A stretch of DNA of 64,000 nt from Bdellovibrionales bacterium (GTDB lineage: Bacteria; Bdellovibrionota; Bdellovibrionia; Bdellovibrionales; UBA1609), in assembly GCA_965261545.1 (NCBI GenBank), contig CBDHDF010000011.1, forward strand, positions 192,001 through 256,000, in the 5' to 3' direction. Below the pieces are notes generated by a model, which ran no database searches, was not told the DNA's origin, and was given only the letters and a program-made list of their open reading frames with translations. Positions 30,596 through 39,703 of the stretch are shown in pieces. The stretch's first letter is position 1, and each line of letters opens with the position of its first letter. A program made the translations under genes and the position numbers.

Positions 30596-31072
30596 CTAGG
30601 CAATTTCCACCATGGTTTCATAGTTTGTAGGGTCTATCGTACTTTTGGCCATAGAAGCCCAGACCGGTGACAACGGCGATAGATCGATGTAAACATCTGA
30701 GTTATCATAAAAATCCCACTCAAGGCGGATCAAACCCACATTAAGATCGTGCAAAAGGTAACCAACGCCCACTTTTTCTAAATCCTTTTTTTTGAGATCC
30801 TCATAAAATATGTTGTAGTCATGACCTTTGAGAATATTTTCTTCAACCTCAAGGATATAGTTTGAATCTCCATGTCCTTGGATTTTGATTTCACAAAATT
30901 CAGATTCTTCATCATAGTGAACATATCCTAATTTTCTGATTCTTTTCACTTTCCCATCTTTATTTCTTTGACCTTTAAAGATATTGAATACATTTACCAT
31001 GAATAATTCCCTCCAAATATTTTTCCAAAAGAGTTCTTTGTAGGTCCTGAAAAAATTGGATGACCTAAACAT
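30596..31072 (-). CDS. Hypothetical beta-rich protein (start probably MVNVF near 30999)
   Basis: LGYVHY/VGVGY motifs; RBS ggaggg before the internal ATG. Confidence 0.6.
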   Translation of the reverse strand: MFRSSNFFRTYKELFWKNIWRELFMVNVFNIFKGQRNKDGKVKRIRKLGYVHYDEESEFCEIKIQGHGDSNYILEVEENILKGHDYNIFYEDLKKKDLEKVGVGYLLHDLNVGLIRLEWDFYDNSDVYIDLSPLSPVWASMAKSTIDPTNYETMVEIA

Positions 31073-31269
31073 CCGAACTTTATTTTCAATGACCCTCTTC
31101 TTAAAATCTTAGAAGCTTTCCTAGGTGTGACACCTAGGCTTATTGAAATTTCAGCTAAAGAACAATTCTTCCAAAATCGGAGAAAAATAGCCTTACGCTG
31201 TTGATAAGGCAGCTTTTTCACAAGCGACCTTACAATCAAATCATCTGCAATCAGAAATTTATCTTTCAT
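30994..31269 (-). CDS. Sigma-70 region-4 HTH protein
   Basis: KLPYQQRKAIFLRFWKNCSLAEISISLG. Confidence 0.75.
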   Translation of the reverse strand: MKDKFLIADDLIVRSLVKKLPYQQRKAIFLRFWKNCSLAEISISLGVTPRKASKILRRGSLKIKFGCLGHPIFSGPTKNSFGKIFGGNYSW

Positions 31270-31306
31270 AAGCTTATGACCTCCATCATATAAAAAAGAA
31301 CATGGT

Positions 31307-31825
31307 TTAAAGATTTATACATTTTTTGATTGATTCCTGTTTTTTGGTTATAGTTCCTTCCAAGCCTCGACTTCTCCTTGCAACTTCTTGTAACAAGAGC
31401 TTAGAAATTCTTTTCAGTGCACGGTCTTTTGTGGACTGTATGGCCATTCGTGTGACACAAAGTTTTTTCGCTATTTCGCTTAAATTTAGATCTTCCCAAA
31501 AAAGATAATTCAATACTTGCCTCTGATGGTCTGAGAGATTCTTGAAAATCTCTTGGAAGGCAGCTTCTAGGAATTTAAAATTCTTTTTATTTGAAGCCGA
31601 TGGGAATATGCTCTCATAATCTTTTTGAGAAATATTCTCCACAAGACTTGCTTCCTCCATGAGATTCTCTGTACGCTGCACATCCACAGTGGTTGAGAAA
31701 TATTCTTCCCACTCATCCATGGACCAATCATGACATATCTCTGATATTTCCTTATCAGACCTCAATTGACTCTTACCATTCATCCAAGGTTTATTTATCT
31801 TGTTCTTCTTCATTGCAATCTCCAC
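31307..31825 (-). CDS. Sigma-70 region-4 HTH protein
   Basis: NLSDHQRQVLNYLFWEDLNLSEIAKKL...RALKRI. Confidence 0.8.
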   Translation of the reverse strand: MEIAMKKNKINKPWMNGKSQLRSDKEISEICHDWSMDEWEEYFSTTVDVQRTENLMEEASLVENISQKDYESIFPSASNKKNFKFLEAAFQEIFKNLSDHQRQVLNYLFWEDLNLSEIAKKLCVTRMAIQSTKDRALKRISKLLLQEVARRSRGLEGTITKKQESIKKCINL

Positions 31826-31902
31826 ATCATGCCTCCAGTGTATGAAGGGTTAAGGTTTAGTTTTTTTGCGTTTTCCTCCTTTCTCTTTTTTGCCTTTTTT
31901 CT

Positions 31903-32181
31903 TCAGGACCCTGCTTCGCTCACTGGTGATTCCTGGTTTCCACTCATCCACCACTCAACCCATTGGCCCGTCATGTTTTGGGGGCTCCAAAGAGGTCGAT
32001 TTTGCAAAAATTGTTTGAGGTGAACTTGTGAAATGAATAGCTCCAAGCAGCCGCTTCCTTCTCTTCCTCCTCTCCCTATGCTGCGGAGCAATTGGTTATC
32101 CTCCTCTTCCTCGAAAGCTCCTTGAAACCCATGAAGAAGAGAGCAAGCTATTGTGATTTTAGGTGTGTAAAATTTACTCAT
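31903..32181 (-). CDS. Hypothetical protein
   Basis: RBS gagg before ATG; first ORF after the sigma54 promoter. Confidence 0.35.
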   Translation of the reverse strand: MSKFYTPKITIACSLLHGFQGAFEEEEDNQLLRSIGRGGREGSGCLELFISQVHLKQFLQNRPLWSPQNMTGQWVEWWMSGNQESPVSEAGS

Positions 32182-32374
32182 ATTTTGCCTCAATTTTTTC
32201 TTACCCCCTCATATACGGGAATTTGTAAACCCCCCCGTTTACAAATGTCCTCTAGGTGGTTTACAAATGCCTCTGACCGGGGGGCGCTTTTTTCTCAATT
32301 GTCCATTTTTTTTAAAGACTGATAGGACGATAAAAATTATGTCATCACCAGCAATCATATTTCATAAATACCTA

Positions 32375-32390
32375 TGCATACTTCTTGCCA
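32375..32390 (-). promoter_or_regulatory. Sigma54 -24/-12 promoter
   Basis: TGGCAAGAAGTATGCA, exact GG-N10-GC spacing. Confidence 0.7.
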
Positions 32391-32405
32391 ACTTTAAAAT
32401 TGACC

Positions 32406-32418
32406 TAAGTTATTGAAT
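32406..32418 (-). promoter_or_regulatory. IHF-like site
   Basis: ATTCAATAACTTA, one mismatch to WATCAANNNNTTR; lies between the promoter and the UAS. Confidence 0.45.
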
Positions 32419-32440
32419 ATACTCATTTCTTGATTTTTCA

Positions 32441-32491
32441 AAAAATTCTCTTTTTAGAATTTAAAATAGAAAAATTCTCTTTTTAGAATTT
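32441..32491. promoter_or_regulatory. Tandem palindromic sites, candidate enhancer (UAS)
   Basis: aaaaattctctttttagaattt is exactly duplicated (32441-32462, 32470-32491); each copy has the dyad aaattct/agaattt. Confidence 0.65.
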
Positions 32492-32532
32492 GTGAAGTAA
32501 GAACTCATAAAATATTTCTTATATATTCTTTC

Positions 32533-32561
32533 TTGACAAGTGAGTATAAGGGGAGTAAAAG
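32533..32561 (+). promoter_or_regulatory. Candidate sigma70 promoter of the regulator operon
   Basis: TTGACA-N17-TAAAAG. Confidence 0.4.
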
Positions 32562-32655
32562 GTCGTAATTGTAGAAAAATGAAAAAAATATTTAAAAAAA
32601 TTTAGAAATATTTTAAGGCATATGAAACAAAGGCTTCTCAAGGAGGTTAAGCCCG

Positions 32656-34206
32656 ATGATGCACTATGAGAATACAGACCCTAAAGTGAGTGCTCTCATT
32701 ATTGATGACGAAGAGTCAGCACTCAAAATCAATCGCATGAGCGTGATGGACCTTCTTGAAAGATCAAAACTCTCCCCCGATGAGGTCCGTGTTCACCTGG
32801 CTTCAAATATCAATGATGCCTTCTCAGTACTCCGCAGACACACATTGCATGTCATTCTACTCGATCGCGACCTTGGCCTGGATGATAGCGGAAAAAATGT
32901 GGATGGGATGGACTACATTCAAGAAATGCTTGATATTCAACCCTCCGCTCAAATTCTTGTGGTGACAGGTCATGATGATACAAGGCTTGCCGTGGAAGCC
33001 ATTCAAAGGGGGGCTTGTGGATATATTGTGAAAAGCACAAGTTCCGATTATCTGGAGTACAGAAATCATCAAATTCTCAAAGCCCTCAGAAAAGCCAAGC
33101 TAGAACTCCAAAGAGCCCAAGAAAAAATGTTGGATAAAATACCCATGGGGGAATATGTTTGTAAATCTCCAGCCATGCGGGGCATAGAGATACAGCTCAA
33201 GACACTGGCCCAATACTCCACACCTGTTTTGTTTTTAAGTGAGTCCGGCCTGGGCAAAACCGTGATGGCCAAGAGACTGGGGCACCTGAGAGCTGAGTTT
33301 TTACAGCAAAAAAACCGCCCCTTCTTTAATATCAATATGGCGAATATACCCAAAGACCTTGCCGATAGCACACTCTTTGGCCACGAACGAGGGGCTTTCA
33401 CTGGGGCCGATACAGCCAAACAAGGACTTTTTGAACTCGCCAATGGTGGGGACCTATTCCTTGATGAAATTGGAGAGGCAAGCCTTGAGGTTCAAGCAAA
33501 ACTCTTAAAAGTGATTGAGGAAAGAGAGTTTTGTCGTGTAGGAGGAAATAAAAACTTTGCCACAACGGCTCGCATTATCCTTGCGACAAACAAAAACCTA
33601 AAAAAGATGGTAGAGAAAAAGGAATTTCGTGAAGATTTGTATGCGAGAATTTGCACCTTTGACATCACTCTTCCACCCCTTGAAGAACGAAAGGAGGACA
33701 TTCCCTATATCTGCCAATCTATTATCAACGATCTTCAGAAAGACAATCTGAGAAAACCTTTTTCCTATGAAGACCTTCCCCATGATTTAAAGGAATATCT
33801 CCATCGAGACAACATACCCTTTAACATCCGAGGAATCAGAAATGATCTTGAAAGGCTTATGATTAGCTCTAAATCTGACAAAAATGGAGCTTTGGATTTT
33901 TCCAACTGGAAAAACATCTTAGGGGTTTCAAAAAGGTCTGTCTTTCATAGTAAAAAGCCTACAGAGTATATTGAATACTCAGATTTTGAGAATCTTCCCA
34001 CTCGGTTTTTAACTGAAAAATTTCCAGGAATTAAAGAGTTCAAGAGACTTTTTGAGAAAAAACTCATGGAAGAAGCTTCTCTGAAGTGTCAGACCAAAAA
34101 AGAGATGGCCCAGCTCTTGGGCATATCAGAATCTAATATTTTATCCAAAATGGATAAATACAGTGTTTCCCTTGGGAAATATAAAGAAACATCAACAAAT
34201 AAATAA
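32656..34206 (+). CDS. Sigma54-dependent response regulator (REC-AAA+-HTH, NtrC type)
   Basis: IIDDE/LLDRD REC domain; SESGLGKT; FGHERGAFTGA; LFLDEIGE; FREDLYAR. Confidence 0.95.
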   Translation: MMHYENTDPKVSALIIDDEESALKINRMSVMDLLERSKLSPDEVRVHLASNINDAFSVLRRHTLHVILLDRDLGLDDSGKNVDGMDYIQEMLDIQPSAQILVVTGHDDTRLAVEAIQRGACGYIVKSTSSDYLEYRNHQILKALRKAKLELQRAQEKMLDKIPMGEYVCKSPAMRGIEIQLKTLAQYSTPVLFLSESGLGKTVMAKRLGHLRAEFLQQKNRPFFNINMANIPKDLADSTLFGHERGAFTGADTAKQGLFELANGGDLFLDEIGEASLEVQAKLLKVIEEREFCRVGGNKNFATTARIILATNKNLKKMVEKKEFREDLYARICTFDITLPPLEERKEDIPYICQSIINDLQKDNLRKPFSYEDLPHDLKEYLHRDNIPFNIRGIRNDLERLMISSKSDKNGALDFSNWKNILGVSKRSVFHSKKPTEYIEYSDFENLPTRFLTEKFPGIKEFKRLFEKKLMEEASLKCQTKKEMAQLLGISESNILSKMDKYSVSLGKYKETSTNK

Positions 34207-34220
34207 CAAATAACGGAGGA

Positions 34221-34535
34221 ATGGCCATGAAAATATTAAAAATATGCCTGCTTTCAATCGGTTCTTTTATTTTAGCTCCCATGTTCTTGTCCGCTGAGCA
34301 TGAAAGGTCTCCAGAAGATGATGCCCAAGAAGGAGTTAAAATCACCATGGAACCAGGTTGCTACATGTTTAGTAATTCAAGAAAAGAGTTCATCATTTGC
34401 CGAGAGGAAGCCTTTGAAGTGGCCCCTCTCTATCTGTGGCGATATAAAGTGATGCCTGTTGACCCACAAGATATTGAATCTTTTGATGAATTATCAGAAA
34501 GTGCTCCAACAACATTCTCAGAAGATGGGAGATGA
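34221..34535 (+). CDS. Small secreted protein (104 aa)
   Basis: RBS ggagga; signal peptide; two Cys in the mature part; acidic tail; ATGA-coupled to the SBP gene. Confidence 0.7.
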   Translation: MAMKILKICLLSIGSFILAPMFLSAEHERSPEDDAQEGVKITMEPGCYMFSNSRKEFIICREEAFEVAPLYLWRYKVMPVDPQDIESFDELSESAPTTFSEDGR

Positions 34536-36037
34536 GAAGAGTTTTTGTTGCAAGCCTTATTTGTTCCACTATATTTCTTGGAGTTGCTTTGAGCTATCAT
34601 AGTGAATTATCAAAAAAAGACCCACCGAGTGGGCTCACAGTGGTCTTTCCTAACCTTCATTTTGAGAAGTCTTGGGATATTTCCGATGGGTCCAGTCTTT
34701 GGAGTATTTTCATACTGAATAATATTGTTGAAACTTTGGTGCGAGTTGGCAATAATTCTGACGTAAAGCCTGCTTTATCAGATGGATGGTCTTTTTCTGA
34801 AGATAAGAAGGTTCTCAGTCTATCTTTATCTGATAAATATACCTTTCATGATGGAACTTCTATCACCCCAGAAGATATTATTCTAAGCCTGAAGCGCTCT
34901 TTATCATCTCCAAAAATGAAGCATTCAGAGGTCTACAAATCCCTACTCAATGAAAAGATGGACGAATCTATAGTCCTCAAAGGAAATAGTATAGAAATTA
35001 GGCTTAAAGAACCTCTCAATGCACTTATTTATCAATTAAGCGTTCAAGAAATGGGTATCGCTCCAAGAGATTATATAAGTAAATCTCCAAAAGAGAGCCT
35101 TAGAAATTTATCTGGACCTTATCAGATTATAGATTTTACACCTCAGAAAATGAGTCTTAAGAGGCATCCATCACACCCTTTACTCAATGATGATTCTCCC
35201 GCTCAAGTAGATATTGTTGAGATAAATAATATGAGAGAGGCTATAAAATATTACAATGAACAAGAGGATGTTATTCTTATTGGTTCTGACTATGCAAAAA
35301 GTCTCAAATACCTAGACCTTGAGGGAAAAAAGTACCTTAGTGCCTTTGCCCTCACAGAATTTTTTCTGCCAAATATTGACTCAGAAAGATTAAATTCTAC
35401 AGAAAAAAGACAAGTCATATTTTCATTGATTAAAAAAGCCTTCAGCGAGGTCACAATAGATGAAAGGGTGGCAGAAAGAACCAATCAAATATTTACAAAA
35501 AATAATATTTCAAGACTCAGTGAAGAAAATTTAAAGGAAATTTATAATACTCCTCTCTTCTCCCAAAAAATGCAATTGGATGTGCTTATTCTTGGGTTCA
35601 TGAAAGACAATCCTATCCCATCCTTGCTCAAAGATAAGTTGAAAGAACTTAACATTGATTTAAATCTTATCGTTTCAGATTATAAGAAAAATGCAAAATT
35701 TCTTCAAGAAAAGAAATACGATCTTTTGTATGTATATTCTGGAGTCAGTGCCTTGGATCCCATTGTAGAAATGATTTACTTATTCAATCATCCTCTGTCC
35801 AATTTTTCATACGATAACGAAGAATTAAAAACCTTTCTAGATCAAGCCAAAAAAGAACTTGATCGGAAAAAATATGTTTCTCTTCTGAAAGAAATTCACC
35901 TTGGTCTCTTAAAAAAATACAGAATTTTACCTCTTATGCATACCAAAATGGTTTACTGTGCCAAGGGGCGATATGAACTCAAAGAAATGAACTACTTTGA
36001 TGGAAGCTTCAATCTATGGGATTGGCATCAAAAATGA
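34532..36037 (+). CDS. Family-5 (OppA/DppA-like) solute-binding protein
   Basis: IVETLVR...PALSDGW...FHDGTSITPEDIILSL; SGPY. Confidence 0.85.
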   Translation: MRRVFVASLICSTIFLGVALSYHSELSKKDPPSGLTVVFPNLHFEKSWDISDGSSLWSIFILNNIVETLVRVGNNSDVKPALSDGWSFSEDKKVLSLSLSDKYTFHDGTSITPEDIILSLKRSLSSPKMKHSEVYKSLLNEKMDESIVLKGNSIEIRLKEPLNALIYQLSVQEMGIAPRDYISKSPKESLRNLSGPYQIIDFTPQKMSLKRHPSHPLLNDDSPAQVDIVEINNMREAIKYYNEQEDVILIGSDYAKSLKYLDLEGKKYLSAFALTEFFLPNIDSERLNSTEKRQVIFSLIKKAFSEVTIDERVAERTNQIFTKNNISRLSEENLKEIYNTPLFSQKMQLDVLILGFMKDNPIPSLLKDKLKELNIDLNLIVSDYKKNAKFLQEKKYDLLYVYSGVSALDPIVEMIYLFNHPLSNFSYDNEELKTFLDQAKKELDRKKYVSLLKEIHLGLLKKYRILPLMHTKMVYCAKGRYELKEMNYFDGSFNLWDWHQK

Positions 36038-37056
36038 GAGTATCTACCCTCATAGAGGATCACTTTTCTGAAATAGAAACCCACCTTGGAGCCAAATATA
36101 GCTTCATGGATATTAAAAAATCCATTGATAAATTTCTCCATGACGGAAGATTAAAGATAAAGAAAACGAATGAATGCCCTGCATTGATACCATTTTTTTG
36201 GTATAAGGGTGAATTTTCTATCAATAAAAAAATAATAAATTCCAGTGGTGAGGGTCATCGTCAAGAAGTGGCACAAATGAGATGCATAGGAGAACTTTTC
36301 GAGAGAATTCCTATTTTTCATGATGATATGAATTGTCTAAGAATTGATTCTTCTAAAAAAGTTGAGAATCATACACACAAGATGACAGCTTCCAATGGCG
36401 TAAGCTTTTCACTGGACCCATTCCTAGGTATCTTTAACTCATACAGAGAAATCATTGAACGACAAGTGGTTCTTGATTTTTGGTTGAGGAAGAAAGAGTG
36501 TCAAGAAATAACAGGTCTTTACAAGTGGGGTGCCTTAAACTTCCTATCAGGTTTTAAGAATAATCTTAAAGCTCATTTTTATTGCCTTCCCAATGACTAC
36601 GGACTCTTTGTCATTTGTTGTCACTTGTCACAAGATAAAGTTCCTTACAATATATTTGGCTATGGGTGCCATGAGAATATTTATTCATCTCTAGAAAAAG
36701 CCTTCTTTGAAGCATGGCGATTTTATTGGGAATTTCATAAATTGAAAGGCAAGAGTTACAACAAATATAAAGGTGTCACAAAATTTATAGACCATTTTTA
36801 TTTTTATGCTTTTAAGGAAGATATTGAGAATGTTTATTTTCCTACTCAAAAGAGAAGGTTCTCTCAAATAAAAGGGAGCCTTCATAAGACCAATGACTTT
36901 CATATAGACGAGATATATATATTTGATCTTAAAAAATTTGGCATTCCTGGCTACTCTGTGCAAGTTATAAAAAACAACCTTTGGCCCTTTAAGCCTGGTG
37001 CTTTGAAAGAGGATACAATGGAGAGAGAGTGCGGTGAAGTCCATCCTGTGGCCTAG
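36034..37056 (+). CDS. YcaO-domain protein
   Basis: SGEG...CIGELFER; ASNGVS; REIIERQ...FW; GYGCH...EKAFFE; C-terminal VHPVA; ATGA overlap with the SBP gene. Confidence 0.75.
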   Translation: MRVSTLIEDHFSEIETHLGAKYSFMDIKKSIDKFLHDGRLKIKKTNECPALIPFFWYKGEFSINKKIINSSGEGHRQEVAQMRCIGELFERIPIFHDDMNCLRIDSSKKVENHTHKMTASNGVSFSLDPFLGIFNSYREIIERQVVLDFWLRKKECQEITGLYKWGALNFLSGFKNNLKAHFYCLPNDYGLFVICCHLSQDKVPYNIFGYGCHENIYSSLEKAFFEAWRFYWEFHKLKGKSYNKYKGVTKFIDHFYFYAFKEDIENVYFPTQKRRFSQIKGSLHKTNDFHIDEIYIFDLKKFGIPGYSVQVIKNNLWPFKPGALKEDTMERECGEVHPVA

Positions 37057-38524
37057 ATATCTAAGCAAGAAGAAGCTTATCTCTCTCATTATTTTCTTGG
37101 CCATTATTTTAAATCTATCTCTGACCCTCTTCATTGTGCATACCCAAAAAGAGAACTTTCTCAAAGAGTCCGCTCTATCTCAGTCTCAGTTAGCTCTCAG
37201 TCTGCTTTCCAGAGATATTAATGAGGGGAATTACCGAAGAGTCATGGAGCAGCTTCTTAGCAAAGAGCTATCTCATGGTGTCAAAATAGATTCCATCTTG
37301 TTTTATGACCTCATATCAAAAAAAGAAATTACTTCCAATGCCAGTCCAAAATTCATTTGTGAATCGAATGCGACATCTTCCTATTACCAAAGGGGTCCCA
37401 GCGACCAACATGCCTATTGTATTTTCATCAACAAAGGGCTTCTCGTTCAAATCACATTCAATTTAGATTCATTTGGAGCTCTAGGAACACCTCAGATTCT
37501 CACGGTGTTCTTGCTGAACTTCCTTTTCGCCATTGTTCTCACAGTCCTGACACTGCTTGGTATGAATCTATATCTTGACCGATTTATTTTACTTCTTAAC
37601 CGCCTCTTGAAAAAAGGAGAGATTGATAAAAATGTTCCTCAAGAATTTAAAGGGTCCTTTAAGTCCATCAAGAATCTTTCCCATGCTCTGGACGAAATGA
37701 AAAAGATGATTTCTGAGAGCACAAGAGCGAGAGTCTCCCATGAGATATCTAAGAAAGTTCTTCACAATATTAAAACACCTCTAAGTAATATCAACACCAT
37801 GCTCCCTCTTCTAAAAAATGGCTTTGATAAAGAAAAAGAAGAGATGCTGAGGGGCTCCATCCAAGAAATTGAAGAATCTGTTTGCAAGGCCCTCGAATAC
37901 AAGAAAAACAGGCCACTTGCCAAAGTTAACCTCTATGAGATTGTTGAGCAAGCTGCATCTGAGATTCGATTTCAAAACTTCCAAAGACAGGATCTTGTCA
38001 TCTCAGAAATTCAATCCTGTCCCTTTTCCTCTTCATACACAAAGGAAGTCGATCCCATAGACTTTAAAGCCGCCATCAACAACATATTAAACAATGCCAT
38101 CGAAGCTATGAGCTTGAATCCCTCCTCTCATCCGACGGGCTTCCATTCAGACCATGGAAGTCATAGCAATCACGGTAGTGGTCACAGTATCGATAAAGAT
38201 TATGGCCACCACGACAACCCAGACGATAGTCACATAGGCCACATAGATGGGATTGGCCGCAGTCATCGTAGTCACACAGGCGAGATTGCAATCCATATGA
38301 AAAAACAAGATAACTCCATTTCCATATGCATCACAGATGAAGGTCCAGGCTTCAGCGACCAAGTCCTCCCTCACATAGGCACCCAAGGCTTCACCTACGG
38401 GAAAAAAGGTGGCCACGGCCTAGGTCTTTACACAGCTAGACTCGACATCGAATCATGGGGTGGTAGGATAATCTTTGGCAATCAGAAAGATTCCCATGGA
38501 GCTTGGATTTGTGTTGTGATTTGA
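37034..38524 (+). CDS. Membrane sensor histidine kinase with a His-rich insert
   Basis: Two TM helices; LHNIKTPL; NILNNAIEA; DEGPGF; GHGLGL. Confidence 0.9.
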   Translation: MKSILWPRYLSKKKLISLIIFLAIILNLSLTLFIVHTQKENFLKESALSQSQLALSLLSRDINEGNYRRVMEQLLSKELSHGVKIDSILFYDLISKKEITSNASPKFICESNATSSYYQRGPSDQHAYCIFINKGLLVQITFNLDSFGALGTPQILTVFLLNFLFAIVLTVLTLLGMNLYLDRFILLLNRLLKKGEIDKNVPQEFKGSFKSIKNLSHALDEMKKMISESTRARVSHEISKKVLHNIKTPLSNINTMLPLLKNGFDKEKEEMLRGSIQEIEESVCKALEYKKNRPLAKVNLYEIVEQAASEIRFQNFQRQDLVISEIQSCPFSSSYTKEVDPIDFKAAINNILNNAIEAMSLNPSSHPTGFHSDHGSHSNHGSGHSIDKDYGHHDNPDDSHIGHIDGIGRSHRSHTGEIAIHMKKQDNSISICITDEGPGFSDQVLPHIGTQGFTYGKKGGHGLGLYTARLDIESWGGRIIFGNQKDSHGAWICVVI

Positions 38525-38531
38525 AGAAAGT

Positions 38532-38556
38532 GAAGCTAATAATAGCTTCTTATTTT
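38532..38556 (+). terminator. Possible intrinsic terminator
   Basis: gaagcta-ataa-tagcttc followed by ttatttt. Confidence 0.35.
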
Positions 38557-38654
38557 AACCTGATGCAGCTAGGACTCAAAATTAAGTCTGGAATTTAGTT
38601 TTAACTCCTTGATCTATCTTAGCAGCTCATAGGTGTTCGTGGTTTTTAATTCTT

Positions 38655-39703
38655 TCATAGCAAGACCTTTTTAGCCATATTCATTGATGTTTTTCGCCGT
38701 CGGTAGTTTGTGTCATAAATTTCATGGGAGAATATCTTGATCTTCTCTATCAAAATATTTAAATACTTTTGAGATGAGCTTAGGAGATATTTGATAAAAT
38801 CAGAGGCTAATAAGACGGTAACCTTAGCAACTCTTTGAAACGATGTGGAGTCATTTTGTTCCTTATTGAGTTTAGTTCTTCCTATCCTCAAAACAACACT
38901 TGATGTGAGGTGAGCCGCTAATGAAGCAAGAAGAAGACTCTCTATGATATTTTGATCGTTTGAGGTGATCTGATTTGCATTCAAAGAATTCTTACAAGAT
39001 TTGAAAATAAGTTCACATTGCCAACGTAAACGATAAATTGGATATATGGACTCCGCTGCCACATCTAAATTCGTGCAATACCAATGATAGCGTTTTTCGG
39101 AGGAATTCCAGAAGCCTACAATTCTCAAACTTACCCATTTACCATTGGACAAGACACTGCCTATAAATTCAACAACATCGTTTTTTTTCTTGAGTTTAAT
39201 ATCAGAGAATTCTTTTCCAACATAGTAATCTGGCAAACCTTCAACAACAGCATCAATAAGAATAGAGGCATTTGACTTCACTCTAGACAAGAAAAATCCT
39301 TTAGCTTCATGAATAGATGACAATAAGCCATAGTCCCAATATCCCAAATCAAAGATGACTAATTTTCCAACGAGTTCCTTTATATCAGGAAAGCACTTCC
39401 TATCGTTAGTGGAAGACGGAGTTAATTCGAACCAAGTCATTATACCACTGAATAAACTGAAACAAGCGTGCCATTTAATTCCTGCGTTTGTTCTTGTCCC
39501 TGGAAAATTCTCAGATGCTCCATCCCAAAGGCTTATTGTGCTTGAGTCAACAAGAAGAACGTCTGAGACTCCCAGTTGTAATAATATGGCTTTGCTCCCA
39601 TGAAAAGCTCCATGAGATAGCTTTATCATGAGCATTTCAACCAGTTTACTCAGAAGCTCTTTTAATCTTTTTCTAGAGAGTCTTTCCCAGAAGCTGTGTC
39701 TTT
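38655..39703 (-). pseudogene. IS4-family transposase, 5'-truncated by IS21-B copy 2
   Basis: VDSSTI; FDLGY; YRLRWQCELIFK. Confidence 0.85.

Larger units (their letters stand above)
7069..38550. mobile_element. ICE1, integrative conjugative element at the tRNA-Leu 3' side (right boundary uncertain)
   Basis: The integrase stop lies 23 bp from the tRNA end. xis, relaxase-like, FtsK and T4SS genes are present, with the shared left-end genes in the same order as ICE2. attR was not found. Confidence 0.8.

Noticed and set aside
38572..38583. ggactcaaaatt as ICE1 attR
   Set aside because: A 12-bp AT-rich match to the anticodon region with no tRNA 3' half after it; it lies in the probable IS4 end and could be chance.
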